Origin: a virus
Taxonomy: Duplodnaviria > Caudoviricetes
Length of the DNA stretch: 63,645 bases
IMG/VR virus record: IMGVR_UViG_3300017971_000297
Span: 1-63,645 of that record
Direction: 5' to 3' (one strand)
How positions within the stretch are numbered: the stretch's first letter is position 1; every line of letters starts with the position of its first letter. The notes beneath the pieces were generated by a model. The model saw nothing but the letters and a program-made list of their open reading frames with translations, had not been told where the DNA came from and ran no database searches. Below, in pieces: positions 45,851 through 54,911 of this stretch. The position numbers and the translations under genes are program-made.

Positions 45851-48800
45851 ATGGCTCTGCCTACCAATACATTTAGACCACTAAGATACTTTAGGAGCAA
45901 ATTCCGAGAAGGTAAATACCTGCTTGCTGCTGAAGCTACTGACATACAACTAGAGTCTTTTGAAGACCTTAGACGTTTTATTTTAAATACTTATGGCAAT
46001 GTAGCTGTGGGTCCGGCGTTTAGGCCAGATCAAATCAGTACTACCGAGATACGACTTCGTCCAGGAGAAGCCTGGGACGGGGGAGTTCCATATCAAATAA
46101 AGTCTGGTACAGATGCCAGGGTAATTGCGGGAACTGTTCCTACTGGAGTCAGTCTAACCGACGTTTCCGCTACTGCTGTGGACGTGGGTGGAAAAAGCCT
46201 TGATCTATCTGGAGGTTTAGCTGATGGAGCATATTCTATAGTCGTAGAAGCCTATGAAGAGATTGTTAAAGAGGCTGGTACAGGAGCTGTAGATAACTTC
46301 TTAGCTGGTACCAATGTTGGAGAGGGTACAGAACATAAATTTAGGCTAGTCTATAAGGTTCATGTGGTCGAAACCTCGGACTTAACTCAAACTCCTACCT
46401 ATCCTCTTTCGGGAGCGGGTATTGATAATCATTTTGTGAATGAGATTTTACTTACCCCTTCCGGGACAGAGAACTTTCTAGTCTCAGCCATCGATATTAC
46501 TCCAGATGTAAATGGAGCTGATAGACGGATAGTTCTTAATAACTCCGCCAGTAATATCCCATTCTCAGTGGACGCCGAAGACTTTATTTTCGGTACCTTA
46601 GAAGATTCTGATGGTAATATATTTACTATTACCAGTATCTCTACTAGTGACGGAGGTGCAACTGTCACTATGCTTCTCGATAGAGAAGTAGACATTAATA
46701 CTAACGTTCCAAAGGCTAATCTACCCGTAATTACTAATGGAGTAGACTATAAACTCAAAAAGAGAGATTTCTTTGTTACTGATGCTACGGGTGCTCCGCA
46801 AGGTAAGCGTTACTTCCGGGTAGCCAATTTTACCTTTGCTACTGGGGCTTTAACTGATTTGGACGATCTCCGGACAGTTACTGAGATTAATAGTTTTGGA
46901 TTTGATCCCAACGTTAGACTCTCTGGTGGGGGCGAGATCTCTTGGAGTCTGGTAACTAACGTCCTTACTCATAGCCAGGACTTTGACATCAGTATTCCAG
47001 GATCAGCCTATCTAGGAAGTGTTCCAACGCCTCCTGGTAGTATTACTCTAACCAATGACGGAGATGTTGCGTATATTCTCTTGGATCGAGAAGCTACGGC
47101 GGACTATAGCTCTACGGCTACTGTGGTACCTAAAGCCGATGTTCCTAGTAATGTGGATGTATATATACTCGCTGAGAGGCGTGGGAGTCGAGTATACTTC
47201 CCACACAATGGTTCTATTGGTGATGGAGAAACTGGTATTTTAGGAGCATTCGGGGCAGCCTTTAATAAGGATCTGTCTCTAGACCTATTAACTGATGCTA
47301 TCACGGAAAACCAAGTAGACGAGGTCTTTGCTGAGACTTTTGACACTCAGCTATATGTAGATGCTGCGGCTACTATTGGTATGAATTTTGAACCATTTCT
47401 CAAGCGGTATGTAGGGACAACCTCAGCCAGATTTGTAGACTATGACGCAGATGTTGTTCCTGCGTCAGATCCTCAAGACCCGTGGACAAAACTTGGTACC
47501 CAAGTAGAAGCCGTGGCCGCAGGTATCCTAACACTTACGGATAGTTCTATTGGTGATCAAATTGCCTATAGACGTACTGAGTCCAGTTTAGTACCTAATT
47601 CTCAGAGTATAGGTAAAATGAAAGCCCGTATTACTGCGGAAGGTGGAACTGGAAATCCCTTTACTTATGAAGTTAGAGATGGAGCTAGTGGAAAACACTT
47701 CGGTTTTGCTTTAAGTACTACTGCGGTAGATCTTATAGATGGTTCTGGAGCTTCTCTAGCTACCTATGCACTTGATGGTACTCTATTTCATACCTATGAG
47801 TTGCAGAAGATCGGACAACTAGCTGTACAACTATGGGTAGATGGTGAATTAGTTGCAGTCCAAGATTATGCTTCTATATCAACTGGTTCTAGTGGAAATA
47901 CAGATATCACCTGGGGAACTTCTGTTACCGCTACAGCTACAGTAGAGGTAGATTGGATTACCTTTAATATCTATCAGTCCATTCTTCAGACTATAGATAT
48001 TTTTAAGAAAGTAAGTGTATTCTTTCCTGGGGATATCGTTCCGTCTTCTGATCCAGACAATCCCTGGACAGTACAAGACGGTGGAGGAGGCATCTCTGAA
48101 GCGGCATCCGGTGGTAGGTTGACTATCACAGATAATGTAGGAACGAATAGAATTGCTTACGAGCGGTCAGAGAGTAAACTTGCTAGACATGGTAGTTTTG
48201 AAGCAGAAATGCGTGTAGAGATCGAAACTGCGGGTCTTTCTAGCTTTGATACTTTCGGCCTGCGTTTTGCGGATGGAGCTAAAGACATAGCCGCCTATCT
48301 AAGAGATGACGCCGGTCAGTTAAAGGTAGGTCTCTATGATGGAGCGAGTGTAGTCTTACGAAGCTCTGAAATTAGTCTTAATAATGATGAAGAATACGTT
48401 ATTAAGATTGTTAAGACTAGAGATGAAGAATGCGCCCTTTATGTGGACGGAGTTTTAAGAGATCAAGTATCATATGATTCCTTTAAAGATATTACTACAG
48501 ATAAAAAGATATACTTTGGTGGATTTACCATTGCATCTCAGTATGTTGCTAATATCGATTGGGTTCAATATGCTCTCCCTGGAGAAGGCAGTCTAGCTAA
48601 GACCCCCGTGGTAGAATTACTTGCCTCGGTGAATGGAGATGATCCAGCATACTCAGTATTTTTGAGTACAGATGGTGGAGTTACTTGGTTTGAAGCTCCA
48701 GAACGAGAGTTCGTTGAAATTGCGGATAAGACTAAGGTGGGTGCAAGTCTTATAGCAAGAATTGCTCTCTCAACTATAAACTCTACCCTCACCGATTTCG

Positions 48801-49135
48801 GTGTATACTATAATCGTACTGACCTTTCCCAGGTTGAAGCCCTAGATGTTGGACAGATTATTTACCGTAAAGTAGTAAGTAACTCTGATCCAATACCTAC
48901 AGGAGCTACTTATATAGAAGTTTCTGGGTCTGGTACCCGTACATTAGATGATGGCACTACTGCTGGCCAATTACTTGTACTGACTGGTGAGGCTGGTGTA
49001 GGAACCGCAGTTTTAATTCAGTCTGCTGGGGCTAATGTTAAGATGCCCTCAGACTTCACTATCAGTGAATTTGACTCTATTGGGTTTATTTGGAATGGAA
49101 CCTATTGGGTCGAACTTCATAGATCAAATAACTAA
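45851..49135 (+). CDS. Tail fibre/baseplate protein with two lectin-like repeats
   Basis: N-terminal RY...FREGK.LLAAEATDIQ fibre-anchor pattern; two P.SDP..PWT....G.LT.TD....IAY.R.ES.L...L[WY]VDG...DW repeats. Confidence 0.7.
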   Translation: MALPTNTFRPLRYFRSKFREGKYLLAAEATDIQLESFEDLRRFILNTYGNVAVGPAFRPDQISTTEIRLRPGEAWDGGVPYQIKSGTDARVIAGTVPTGVSLTDVSATAVDVGGKSLDLSGGLADGAYSIVVEAYEEIVKEAGTGAVDNFLAGTNVGEGTEHKFRLVYKVHVVETSDLTQTPTYPLSGAGIDNHFVNEILLTPSGTENFLVSAIDITPDVNGADRRIVLNNSASNIPFSVDAEDFIFGTLEDSDGNIFTITSISTSDGGATVTMLLDREVDINTNVPKANLPVITNGVDYKLKKRDFFVTDATGAPQGKRYFRVANFTFATGALTDLDDLRTVTEINSFGFDPNVRLSGGGEISWSLVTNVLTHSQDFDISIPGSAYLGSVPTPPGSITLTNDGDVAYILLDREATADYSSTATVVPKADVPSNVDVYILAERRGSRVYFPHNGSIGDGETGILGAFGAAFNKDLSLDLLTDAITENQVDEVFAETFDTQLYVDAAATIGMNFEPFLKRYVGTTSARFVDYDADVVPASDPQDPWTKLGTQVEAVAAGILTLTDSSIGDQIAYRRTESSLVPNSQSIGKMKARITAEGGTGNPFTYEVRDGASGKHFGFALSTTAVDLIDGSGASLATYALDGTLFHTYELQKIGQLAVQLWVDGELVAVQDYASISTGSSGNTDITWGTSVTATATVEVDWITFNIYQSILQTIDIFKKVSVFFPGDIVPSSDPDNPWTVQDGGGGISEAASGGRLTITDNVGTNRIAYERSESKLARHGSFEAEMRVEIETAGLSSFDTFGLRFADGAKDIAAYLRDDAGQLKVGLYDGASVVLRSSEISLNNDEEYVIKIVKTRDEECALYVDGVLRDQVSYDSFKDITTDKKIYFGGFTIASQYVANIDWVQYALPGEGSLAKTPVVELLASVNGDDPAYSVFLSTDGGVTWFEAPEREFVEIADKTKVGASLIARIALSTINSTLTDFGVYYNRTDLSQVEALDVGQIIYRKVVSNSDPIPTGATYIEVSGSGTRTLDDGTTAGQLLVLTGEAGVGTAVLIQSAGANVKMPSDFTISEFDSIGFIWNGTYWVELHRSNN

Positions 49136-49146
49136 GAGGGCTTAAT

Positions 49147-50040
49147 ATGGCAATTGTTAAAGGTTCGGGGCAAAATTTTAGTAAAAAGCCCACTAATATT
49201 GGGATTCCGGTTGTCACCCAGCCCAGAGAGTTGATTACAGCCCTTGCATTAGTTGGCTGTCAGGATATTGACGAGAATACTCCAGAAGTTTTGTATTTTC
49301 ACGTATTTGGAGGAGTTCCTGGAGATATCCGACTCTTTTTGTATGGGGAGGAATTTAGTCCAATCCATTATTCGGAATTACCAGAACACGATCATGGGCC
49401 AGGTAGTTATCAGACTGGAAACGTAAATGCTGGTTCTACTAGCCATGCCCATGGTCATACATTTTCGATTAATAATACTAATTTAGCTCATATACATTCG
49501 TGGAGTACTACGGGAGGTAGTCATACACATAATCTGATTATTAGTGAGAATAGTACCGCTGGAGATGATGGTGTAGATACTAATAATGAGGGTGTAACTT
49601 CTATTGATTCTCGCTTTGTTCAAAGTTCTTCCCACTCTCACTCAGGAAATACAGGATCTTCATTAGGTAATCATGGTCATGGACTTAGTGGTGGTATAAG
49701 TAGTAATAGTGTAGACTCTCATCAACATGGAGTTACTGGTGGTCTTTCCTCGACCAAAGGGCTAACTGGTAGTGCTGCCTTAAATACATCCTCTGTAAAA
49801 GACTACTTTGATGATCTCCAGATCTCTGTAGATGGAGTAGATCGAACTGCTACCTTGAAAGGTCAAGCAGGAGTAGCTAAGTTTGGTGATGGGACTTCTG
49901 GGGATGGAATCGTAACATCAGGTGTGGAACTTCAACTTGCTCCTTTTATTTCGACTCCAGGGCAACATAAGGTTACCTTTAGTCTTGGTGGATCACAGAA
50001 TGGTGGCAAATTGAGGTATAATCTTTATCTATTAGCGTAA
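49147..50040 (+). CDS. Fibre-tip-like protein with His-x-His repeats
   Basis: ELPEHDH, SHAHGH, AHIH, SHTH, SHSH, NHGH, SHQH; this pattern is typical of T4 gp12/gp37-type metal-binding tips. Confidence 0.72.
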   Translation: MAIVKGSGQNFSKKPTNIGIPVVTQPRELITALALVGCQDIDENTPEVLYFHVFGGVPGDIRLFLYGEEFSPIHYSELPEHDHGPGSYQTGNVNAGSTSHAHGHTFSINNTNLAHIHSWSTTGGSHTHNLIISENSTAGDDGVDTNNEGVTSIDSRFVQSSSHSHSGNTGSSLGNHGHGLSGGISSNSVDSHQHGVTGGLSSTKGLTGSAALNTSSVKDYFDDLQISVDGVDRTATLKGQAGVAKFGDGTSGDGIVTSGVELQLAPFISTPGQHKVTFSLGGSQNGGKLRYNLYLLA

Positions 50041-50044
50041 GACA

Positions 50045-50215
50045 ATGAATAAAGAAAAAGTAAAAGAGCAATTAGAAACTTTAGAAGAGATGGTTGAAGA
50101 GGATCTTTCTAATGGACGTGCAGTCCAAAGAAAACTTCGAGAAAAAATTACTAAAAAGGGTAAAAACCCTTATACTATAGCCCAGGAATTAGAACTTCTA
50201 CGGAAAGAGAGCTAA
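50045..50215 (+). CDS. Small helical hypothetical protein (56 aa)
   Basis: Hand-translated MNKEKVKEQLETLEEMVEEDL...LELLRKES*; fills the gap exactly. Confidence 0.5.
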   Translation: MNKEKVKEQLETLEEMVEEDLSNGRAVQRKLREKITKKGKNPYTIAQELELLRKES

Positions 50216-50218
50216 GCT

Positions 50219-50497
50219 ATGGTTGTAACTTGGCCCATTGCGGTAGGCTTTATTGCCTCCGTAGGTACAGTATGTCTAACTGTGCTGAAAATTATCCAAA
50301 TGAGAAAACAAGATCCTGAAGAATCTTCTGCTGCCAAATGTGAAAAGATTCGAGACAGAATTACCTCTTTAGAGAAAAAACAAGCTGTTTTAGAAGCTCA
50401 CATGGAAGAGTGTAGAAAAGATAGAGAAGAACTTGGTAACCATATAGAGAAACTCAGTGATCTATTAATCAAACTCTTGACAGATAATAGGGATTAA
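50219..50497 (+). CDS. Putative holin (N-terminal TM plus coiled coil)
   Basis: WPIAVGFIASVGTVCLTVLKII followed by heptads; directly upstream of the amidase. Confidence 0.55.
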   Translation: MVVTWPIAVGFIASVGTVCLTVLKIIQMRKQDPEESSAAKCEKIRDRITSLEKKQAVLEAHMEECRKDREELGNHIEKLSDLLIKLLTDNRD

Positions 50498-50541
50498 ATT
50501 TTTCCTACGGCGAGGTCCCTTTTTAGTTTTATGGAGGAATC

Positions 50542-51126
50542 ATGAAACTGCTAGATATCCTTATAAAAATTATGAATGCCCTAACCAAAAAAACTATCCC
50601 CGAACCTACTAAACCCGAGATTGTAGAGTTAGGGTATCAAGATAAGGATAGAGAAATTCGATGGGTCAAAAGTCCTAACTATAGTACTAGGCAAAATAGA
50701 GAGATATCAGCTATCATTTTGCACCACACAGCTAGCTGGAACTTCGAGAATACGGTTTCATGGCTAGCTGACCCTGCTGCTAAAGCCTCAGCCCACTATG
50801 TCATTAGTAGGGGAGGGGAGATAGTCCAAATGGTGCTCGACCAGCACAGAGCATGGCACTCTGGTGTCTCAGAACTTGATGGGGAAAAGCACGTAAATAA
50901 TTTCTCTATTGGAATAGAACTGATGGGAAATACGTGTGAGAAACCTCTTACAGAGGCTCAATGGAAAGCTATGGTGTGGTTGGTTAAAAAGTTGATGGAT
51001 GAATATGACATTCCAGCCCACCGAGTAGTAGACCACCGTAAAGTTAGTCCTGGTCGTAAGGTAGACTTAGACCCCGCTAATTTTGATTGGACCCAATTCT
51101 ATAAAGACATAGGGGCCATAGACTAA
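50542..51126 (+). CDS. Endolysin, N-acetylmuramoyl-L-alanine amidase (Amidase_2/AmpD-like)
   Basis: SPNYS.R, IILHHTA, ASAHYVI, RAWHSG, NNFSIGIEL, VVDHRKVSPGRKVD. Confidence 0.92.
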   Translation: MKLLDILIKIMNALTKKTIPEPTKPEIVELGYQDKDREIRWVKSPNYSTRQNREISAIILHHTASWNFENTVSWLADPAAKASAHYVISRGGEIVQMVLDQHRAWHSGVSELDGEKHVNNFSIGIELMGNTCEKPLTEAQWKAMVWLVKKLMDEYDIPAHRVVDHRKVSPGRKVDLDPANFDWTQFYKDIGAID

Positions 51127-51157
51127 AAAAGGGAGCTAGAGATTAACCCTAGCCCCC
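51125..51157 (-). terminator. Rho-independent terminator at the convergence point
   Basis: On the - strand GGGGGCTAGGG-TTAAT-CTCTAGCTCCC-TTTTTT (11-bp stem, 2 G-U). Confidence 0.75.
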
Positions 51158-51193
51158 TAAGTTATGCGGAGATTCCTAATGCTATTCTCCGCA

Positions 51194-51682
51194 CTACCCT
51201 CCAAACTCCTCTTTCAGAAACTTACGTAAGTCCTCGAAAGACTTAAACACTTCTTCGCAGCACCCCTTTGCCCAAGCTGGCAACGGAGCTGCCTGTATGC
51301 AATATACAGGCTTACCTGCTCTATAAGCGATAGTCATTTCGCTATGGGTACCTGCCCCGCTCTTACATCCCTTATCCCAGTACACTATCACTGCATCGGT
51401 TTTATTTTGCACTAGATCGCAATCGAAGTCTATGACTTTTCTCATATACCTGACTCCGCGTTCTACGTGCAGAGGATCTTCTGAGTCGAGTAGGTCATAC
51501 CAGTGAGTCATTCCTTCTGGAAGTCTCCCTGGGCGCAAGCCCTTTAACTGTAACGGCTCTAATTTATAAGGATTTAGAACCGTGAATCCCAGTTCTTCGA
51601 GGAAAGGAGTAATATCCTCTCTCCACTTAGCATCGTGGGGATTCTTAGACATACGGCCTGCTAAATAGACTTTAGTTTTCAT
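51194..51682 (-). CDS. Nucleoside 2-deoxyribosyltransferase-like protein
   Basis: VYLAGRM, VLNPY, D...V...DAVIV, GTHSEMTIAY..GKPVY. Confidence 0.8.
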   Translation of the reverse strand: MKTKVYLAGRMSKNPHDAKWREDITPFLEELGFTVLNPYKLEPLQLKGLRPGRLPEGMTHWYDLLDSEDPLHVERGVRYMRKVIDFDCDLVQNKTDAVIVYWDKGCKSGAGTHSEMTIAYRAGKPVYCIQAAPLPAWAKGCCEEVFKSFEDLRKFLKEEFGG

Positions 51683-51701
51683 TTCCTGTATCTAACCCCG
51701 T

Positions 51702-51845
51702 TTAAAAGGTGAAATAGAGGTACATAAAGCCCATCTGGGCTAACGCACCAAGTAGACTAGCAACCATCCAACCTAATCCGCCGAAAACTCCAAGCACAAA
51801 AGCTGTAACTGCTAGTCCTGCCAATGATTTAATAGTTTTTTTCAT
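51702..51845 (-). CDS. Small hydrophobic membrane protein (47 aa)
   Basis: Hand-translated MKKTIKSLAGLAVTAFVLGVFGGLGWMVASLLGALAQMGFMYLYFTF*; GAGGAGG RBS; ATGA overlap. Confidence 0.6.
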   Translation of the reverse strand: MKKTIKSLAGLAVTAFVLGVFGGLGWMVASLLGALAQMGFMYLYFTF

Positions 51846-52123
51846 TTATCCTCCTCTAATCTAGGCAGACATTGGTATTTTACTCTAGTTGAATCTTCAC
51901 TAGCATTGTGATAAATTTTAACTGACATGACACCAACTCCATGATCTTTCTCGCACTTTTCATCACACTGATTGACAATAAAATCAATAGTTGGTTGTGG
52001 TACCTTATCACCGTAGACAGTTACCGGAACCTTACGTGGTATAATAAGTGTTATAGTGTCTGTCTTAGCGGCACATCCCACAAATGTTAATGCCAATAGT
52101 ATAGAAACTAACAACTTCCTCAT
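51842..52123 (-). CDS. Putative lipoprotein
   Basis: MRKLLVSILLALTFVG-C lipobox-like signal. Confidence 0.68.
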   Translation of the reverse strand: MRKLLVSILLALTFVGCAAKTDTITLIIPRKVPVTVYGDKVPQPTIDFIVNQCDEKCEKDHGVGVMSVKIYHNASEDSTRVKYQCLPRLEEDK

Positions 52124-52281
52124 TCACTTCTCCTCCAAAATTCAAATAGGTAGATATTAAGACCTAATAGACCTACGTCATACACCACTCTAACTGTGTG
52201 TCCTGAGTAGGCATTTAAGCCCGCCGCAATAACTGCTAAGGCAGCTCCAAGTGCGGCAATAAACATCATCGTCTTTCTCAT
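52120..52281 (-). CDS. Small membrane protein (53 aa)
   Basis: Hand-translated MRKTMMFIAALGAALAVIAAGLNAY...VGLLGLNIYLFEFWRRSE*; ATGA overlaps on both sides. Confidence 0.6.
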   Translation of the reverse strand: MRKTMMFIAALGAALAVIAAGLNAYSGHTVRVVYDVGLLGLNIYLFEFWRRSE

Positions 52282-52526
52282 TTGCTTTCCTCTAACATTT
52301 TTTTAACTTTCCAGACGTTAACATCGACCTCTACACTATCTCCACCTATTAAGAAAATCTTTGTTTTATGGGTAACCCACAGATCCGTATCCTCATACTT
52401 AGTGGAACCACCAATTCCTTGAATCCTCACAATCTTTGAGGGATCAACGCACGTATGCCAAGGGTCCCCTTCATTGAAGCAAAGTAGGGTTAACCCAAGC
52501 AGTAATAATGACGATAGCTTTCTCAT
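52278..52526 (-). CDS. Hypothetical protein with hydrophobic N-terminus
   Basis: GGAGG RBS; MRKLSSLLLLGLTLLC. Confidence 0.62.
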   Translation of the reverse strand: MRKLSSLLLLGLTLLCFNEGDPWHTCVDPSKIVRIQGIGGSTKYEDTDLWVTHKTKIFLIGGDSVEVDVNVWKVKKMLEESK

Positions 52527-52930
52527 TTCTTACTCTTCCTCCACCTCTTTATATGAAAATACTGATTGCTAGCTTTGTATTCTTCCTCCAGCTCATCCAA
52601 CTTTTTATCGTACTCTTCGGAACACCTTTCACAATTATCTACCACTTTTCTAGCTATAACCCCTACATCCGACCACCACATGCTTGTGTTAGTAGCCAGG
52701 GGACACACTCTATTATAGACTCTAAGAAACTCATCGGGATCTTGTTTATCCATAAGATCAAAGACTTCTACGCTAGAATCCTCTGCTTTGAGGGCATTGT
52801 AATAGGCTTCGGCCTCATAGAAGTTTTTAAACTTTACCCCCTCTAGTCCCACCGAAGAATCCTCGGAATCGTATACAATTTCATATGGTTGAATCGCATA
52901 GTTGGGAGTATATATAACTATTACTCTCAT
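52523..52930 (-). CDS. Hypothetical protein
   Basis: 135 aa with ATGA overlaps. Confidence 0.62.
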   Translation of the reverse strand: MRVIVIYTPNYAIQPYEIVYDSEDSSVGLEGVKFKNFYEAEAYYNALKAEDSSVEVFDLMDKQDPDEFLRVYNRVCPLATNTSMWWSDVGVIARKVVDNCERCSEEYDKKLDELEEEYKASNQYFHIKRWRKSKK

Positions 52931-53385
52931 CTTCCAGTACTCCCGAACCCTCCCGAACCTCTCAAGGTGGGCCTAAGTTCCTTAACTTCCTTAATAGCCA
53001 AGGGCCTAGCAACCTTAGCTAGGACCAACTGGGCAACCCTGGTACCGGGCTTTAGATGCAGGGGCGAGTTATACTCACCAGAAATATACATAGGATTTAT
53101 GGTAGTTAATAAAATCTTAATCTCTCCTCTATAGTCGGAATCAATAGTCCCAGGGGAATTAACAACCATAACGCCGTGGTCTCTAGCCAACCCGGATCGT
53201 GCTCTCACTTGAAGCTCATAGCCTTGGGGTATTTCTACAGCTAGGGCGGTGGAAACTTCTGTTACCTCCCCGTAATGTACCTGGTTATGGTATATGTTAC
53301 AGATGTCCATACCAGCAGCTCCCTTAGATTTGTACTCCGGAATCTGCGCTTTTGGGCTTAACTTCTTGAAGCATAAAATTGCCAT
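52927..53385 (-). CDS. dut: Trimeric dUTPase
   Basis: All five motifs present: AGMDI, RARSGLA, GTIDSDYRGEI, RVAQLV, RGSGGFGSTG. Confidence 0.96.
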   Translation of the reverse strand: MAILCFKKLSPKAQIPEYKSKGAAGMDICNIYHNQVHYGEVTEVSTALAVEIPQGYELQVRARSGLARDHGVMVVNSPGTIDSDYRGEIKILLTTINPMYISGEYNSPLHLKPGTRVAQLVLAKVARPLAIKEVKELRPTLRGSGGFGSTGR

Positions 53386-53465
53386 CTAAAACCTCGTTAA
53401 AAAGGGGGTTATAGCGCCCCAGATTGGCCTATAAGAGCCTAAGTAAGGTCCAGGTATACCCAGGG

Positions 53466-53672
53466 TTACCCTTTTTTCTTGATTAAAAGCCTACATGCAG
53501 TTAACTCATTGTTTTTCTTGAGTCTTCCGGTCACCATCTTGTGGCCTCCGGGGATGTTTACTGTCTCAAATTCCTCAGGTTTAAAATCCTCTGATTTGAT
53601 GCCAGGAAACGAATAGTGCATATAGTCATCAGTCTCATGGACCTTCTCTAGTTCATCTTTCTTTCTAACCAT
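53466..53672 (-). CDS. Hypothetical protein
   Basis: 68 aa, overlaps the upstream gene. Confidence 0.58.
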   Translation of the reverse strand: MVRKKDELEKVHETDDYMHYSFPGIKSEDFKPEEFETVNIPGGHKMVTGRLKKNNELTACRLLIKKKG

Positions 53673-53922
53673 TGTTTATCCCTTTAGTGGCTTTCATAGT
53701 TTTTATAGTACATACGAAGAACTCTGGTCCTTCCAGGTAACCTCCAGATATTGTTAATACTCCGCTCAGGTCTCCTCTAGATCCCATAGTCTCAACTATA
53801 TAGCTTGCCTCTTCCTCTAGACAGTCCACTATATGGAAGTACTTATAGGGAGAGGTTTCATCCGCGCACTTAAATTCCAGCACCGTACCCGGTTTATATT
53901 TTAGTTTAAAGCACGTTTTCAT
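53665..53922 (-). CDS. Small SH3/KOW-like protein, TMK-tag subtype
   Basis: LKYKPGTVL...FHIVD...SYIVE; ends VCTIKTMKATKG. Confidence 0.68.
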   Translation of the reverse strand: MKTCFKLKYKPGTVLEFKCADETSPYKYFHIVDCLEEEASYIVETMGSRGDLSGVLTISGGYLEGPEFFVCTIKTMKATKGINNG

Positions 53923-54193
53923 CTTTAATATTCTTCATTGTTTTTATTACATCTACTGAACATCTCTCCTCCAGGAACTCCCTGGGGACTTCTTCTACTT
54001 TCTTCTTTTCTCTCACTTGACCATTGAGAGTTTTTAAGATGTTGACTATATAATTTTCTCCCGCCTCATCGAAAGCCACTATCTCTATTAGGATGCAAAA
54101 ATCAATGACCGGGGTTGTATACCTCTGCCTAGTAACCAAGTTTTCCAAGGGCATCTTAAGTATCTGTCCGGGTAAGTATTTAGGTTCTTTCAT
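53906..54193 (-). CDS. Small SH3/KOW-like protein, TMK-tag subtype
   Basis: PKYLPGQIL...IEIVA...NYIVN; ends VDVIKTMKNIKDE. Confidence 0.7.
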   Translation of the reverse strand: MKEPKYLPGQILKMPLENLVTRQRYTTPVIDFCILIEIVAFDEAGENYIVNILKTLNGQVREKKKVEEVPREFLEERCSVDVIKTMKNIKDENVL

Positions 54194-54411
54194 TGTTTCC
54201 TATTTTTCATGGTTCTGATTATATTCGGCTTGAATAGCTGGTTGAGAGTTTTCTCATTGTACCCACGCCTAAAGGCCTCTCCAGAGAATTTTCGGCACTT
54301 GCAGAGATAGATTCCTATGGTAGGAAAAATGGACTCTATTCTTACATGCTGTATATCATTATCCCAGCTCTTTTTCTTGGCTACAAAACAGTCACCTACT
54401 TGGTATTGCAT
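54190..54411 (-). CDS. Small SH3/KOW-like protein, TMK-tag subtype
   Basis: [10 protein letters not shown]...VRIES...IYLCK; ends PNIIRTMKNRKQ. Confidence 0.7.
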   Translation of the reverse strand: MQYQVGDCFVAKKKSWDNDIQHVRIESIFPTIGIYLCKCRKFSGEAFRRGYNEKTLNQLFKPNIIRTMKNRKQ

Positions 54412-54911
54412 TTAAGTATCCGAATATACTTGGTAAGACACTGAGCCTTTACTTCCTCAAAATTTAACTGAAACTCTAGAAAGAATCCTAGAGGCCCTAT
54501 CCTATGGATAGCTTTGTCCCCAAGTGTGTGATGTTCAGGGCACAGCGGAATGGCAGAATAATCTGATCCCTTAGTGCCCATGCCCCCAATTTCCAGATGG
54601 TGCGGGTGGCAGCCATATTTACCACAAGCGCAACAAGGAAGGGATCTAATTAAGTTAAGGTAGTCCTTATCTTGCTCTTTAGCCTTCTGACGTGGCTTGT
54701 AAGACCTGGACTCACCTATATCAACGTCTTTTTGTTTAGGAAGAAACCGTTTAAAATCAAAAGATTGATTATCTTCCTCAGGTTGCTCTATCACCTCATT
54801 TCTATGAGCCGCAAAACAGGAGAAACTACAAAAGTAATTCAACCCATGTCTGAAGACTTTACTGGTCCCTATAGCTTGCCCACACTGTTTACATCTAACT
54901 TTGAGGCCCAT
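54396..54911 (-). CDS. DUF968-like / HNH-type zinc-binding protein with N-terminal zinc finger
   Basis: CKQC...YFCSFSC; [14 protein letters not shown]...HPHH...GMGTKGSD...IPLCPEHH. Confidence 0.75.
   Translation of the reverse strand: MGLKVRCKQCGQAIGTSKVFRHGLNYFCSFSCFAAHRNEVIEQPEEDNQSFDFKRFLPKQKDVDIGESRSYKPRQKAKEQDKDYLNLIRSLPCCACGKYGCHPHHLEIGGMGTKGSDYSAIPLCPEHHTLGDKAIHRIGPLGFFLEFQLNFEEVKAQCLTKYIRILKCNTK

Noticed and set aside
38321-50040. Diversity-generating retroelement acting on fibre genes
   Set aside because: No reverse transcriptase in the window and no near-identical template/variable repeat pair differing at adenines; the paralogs are broadly diverged.
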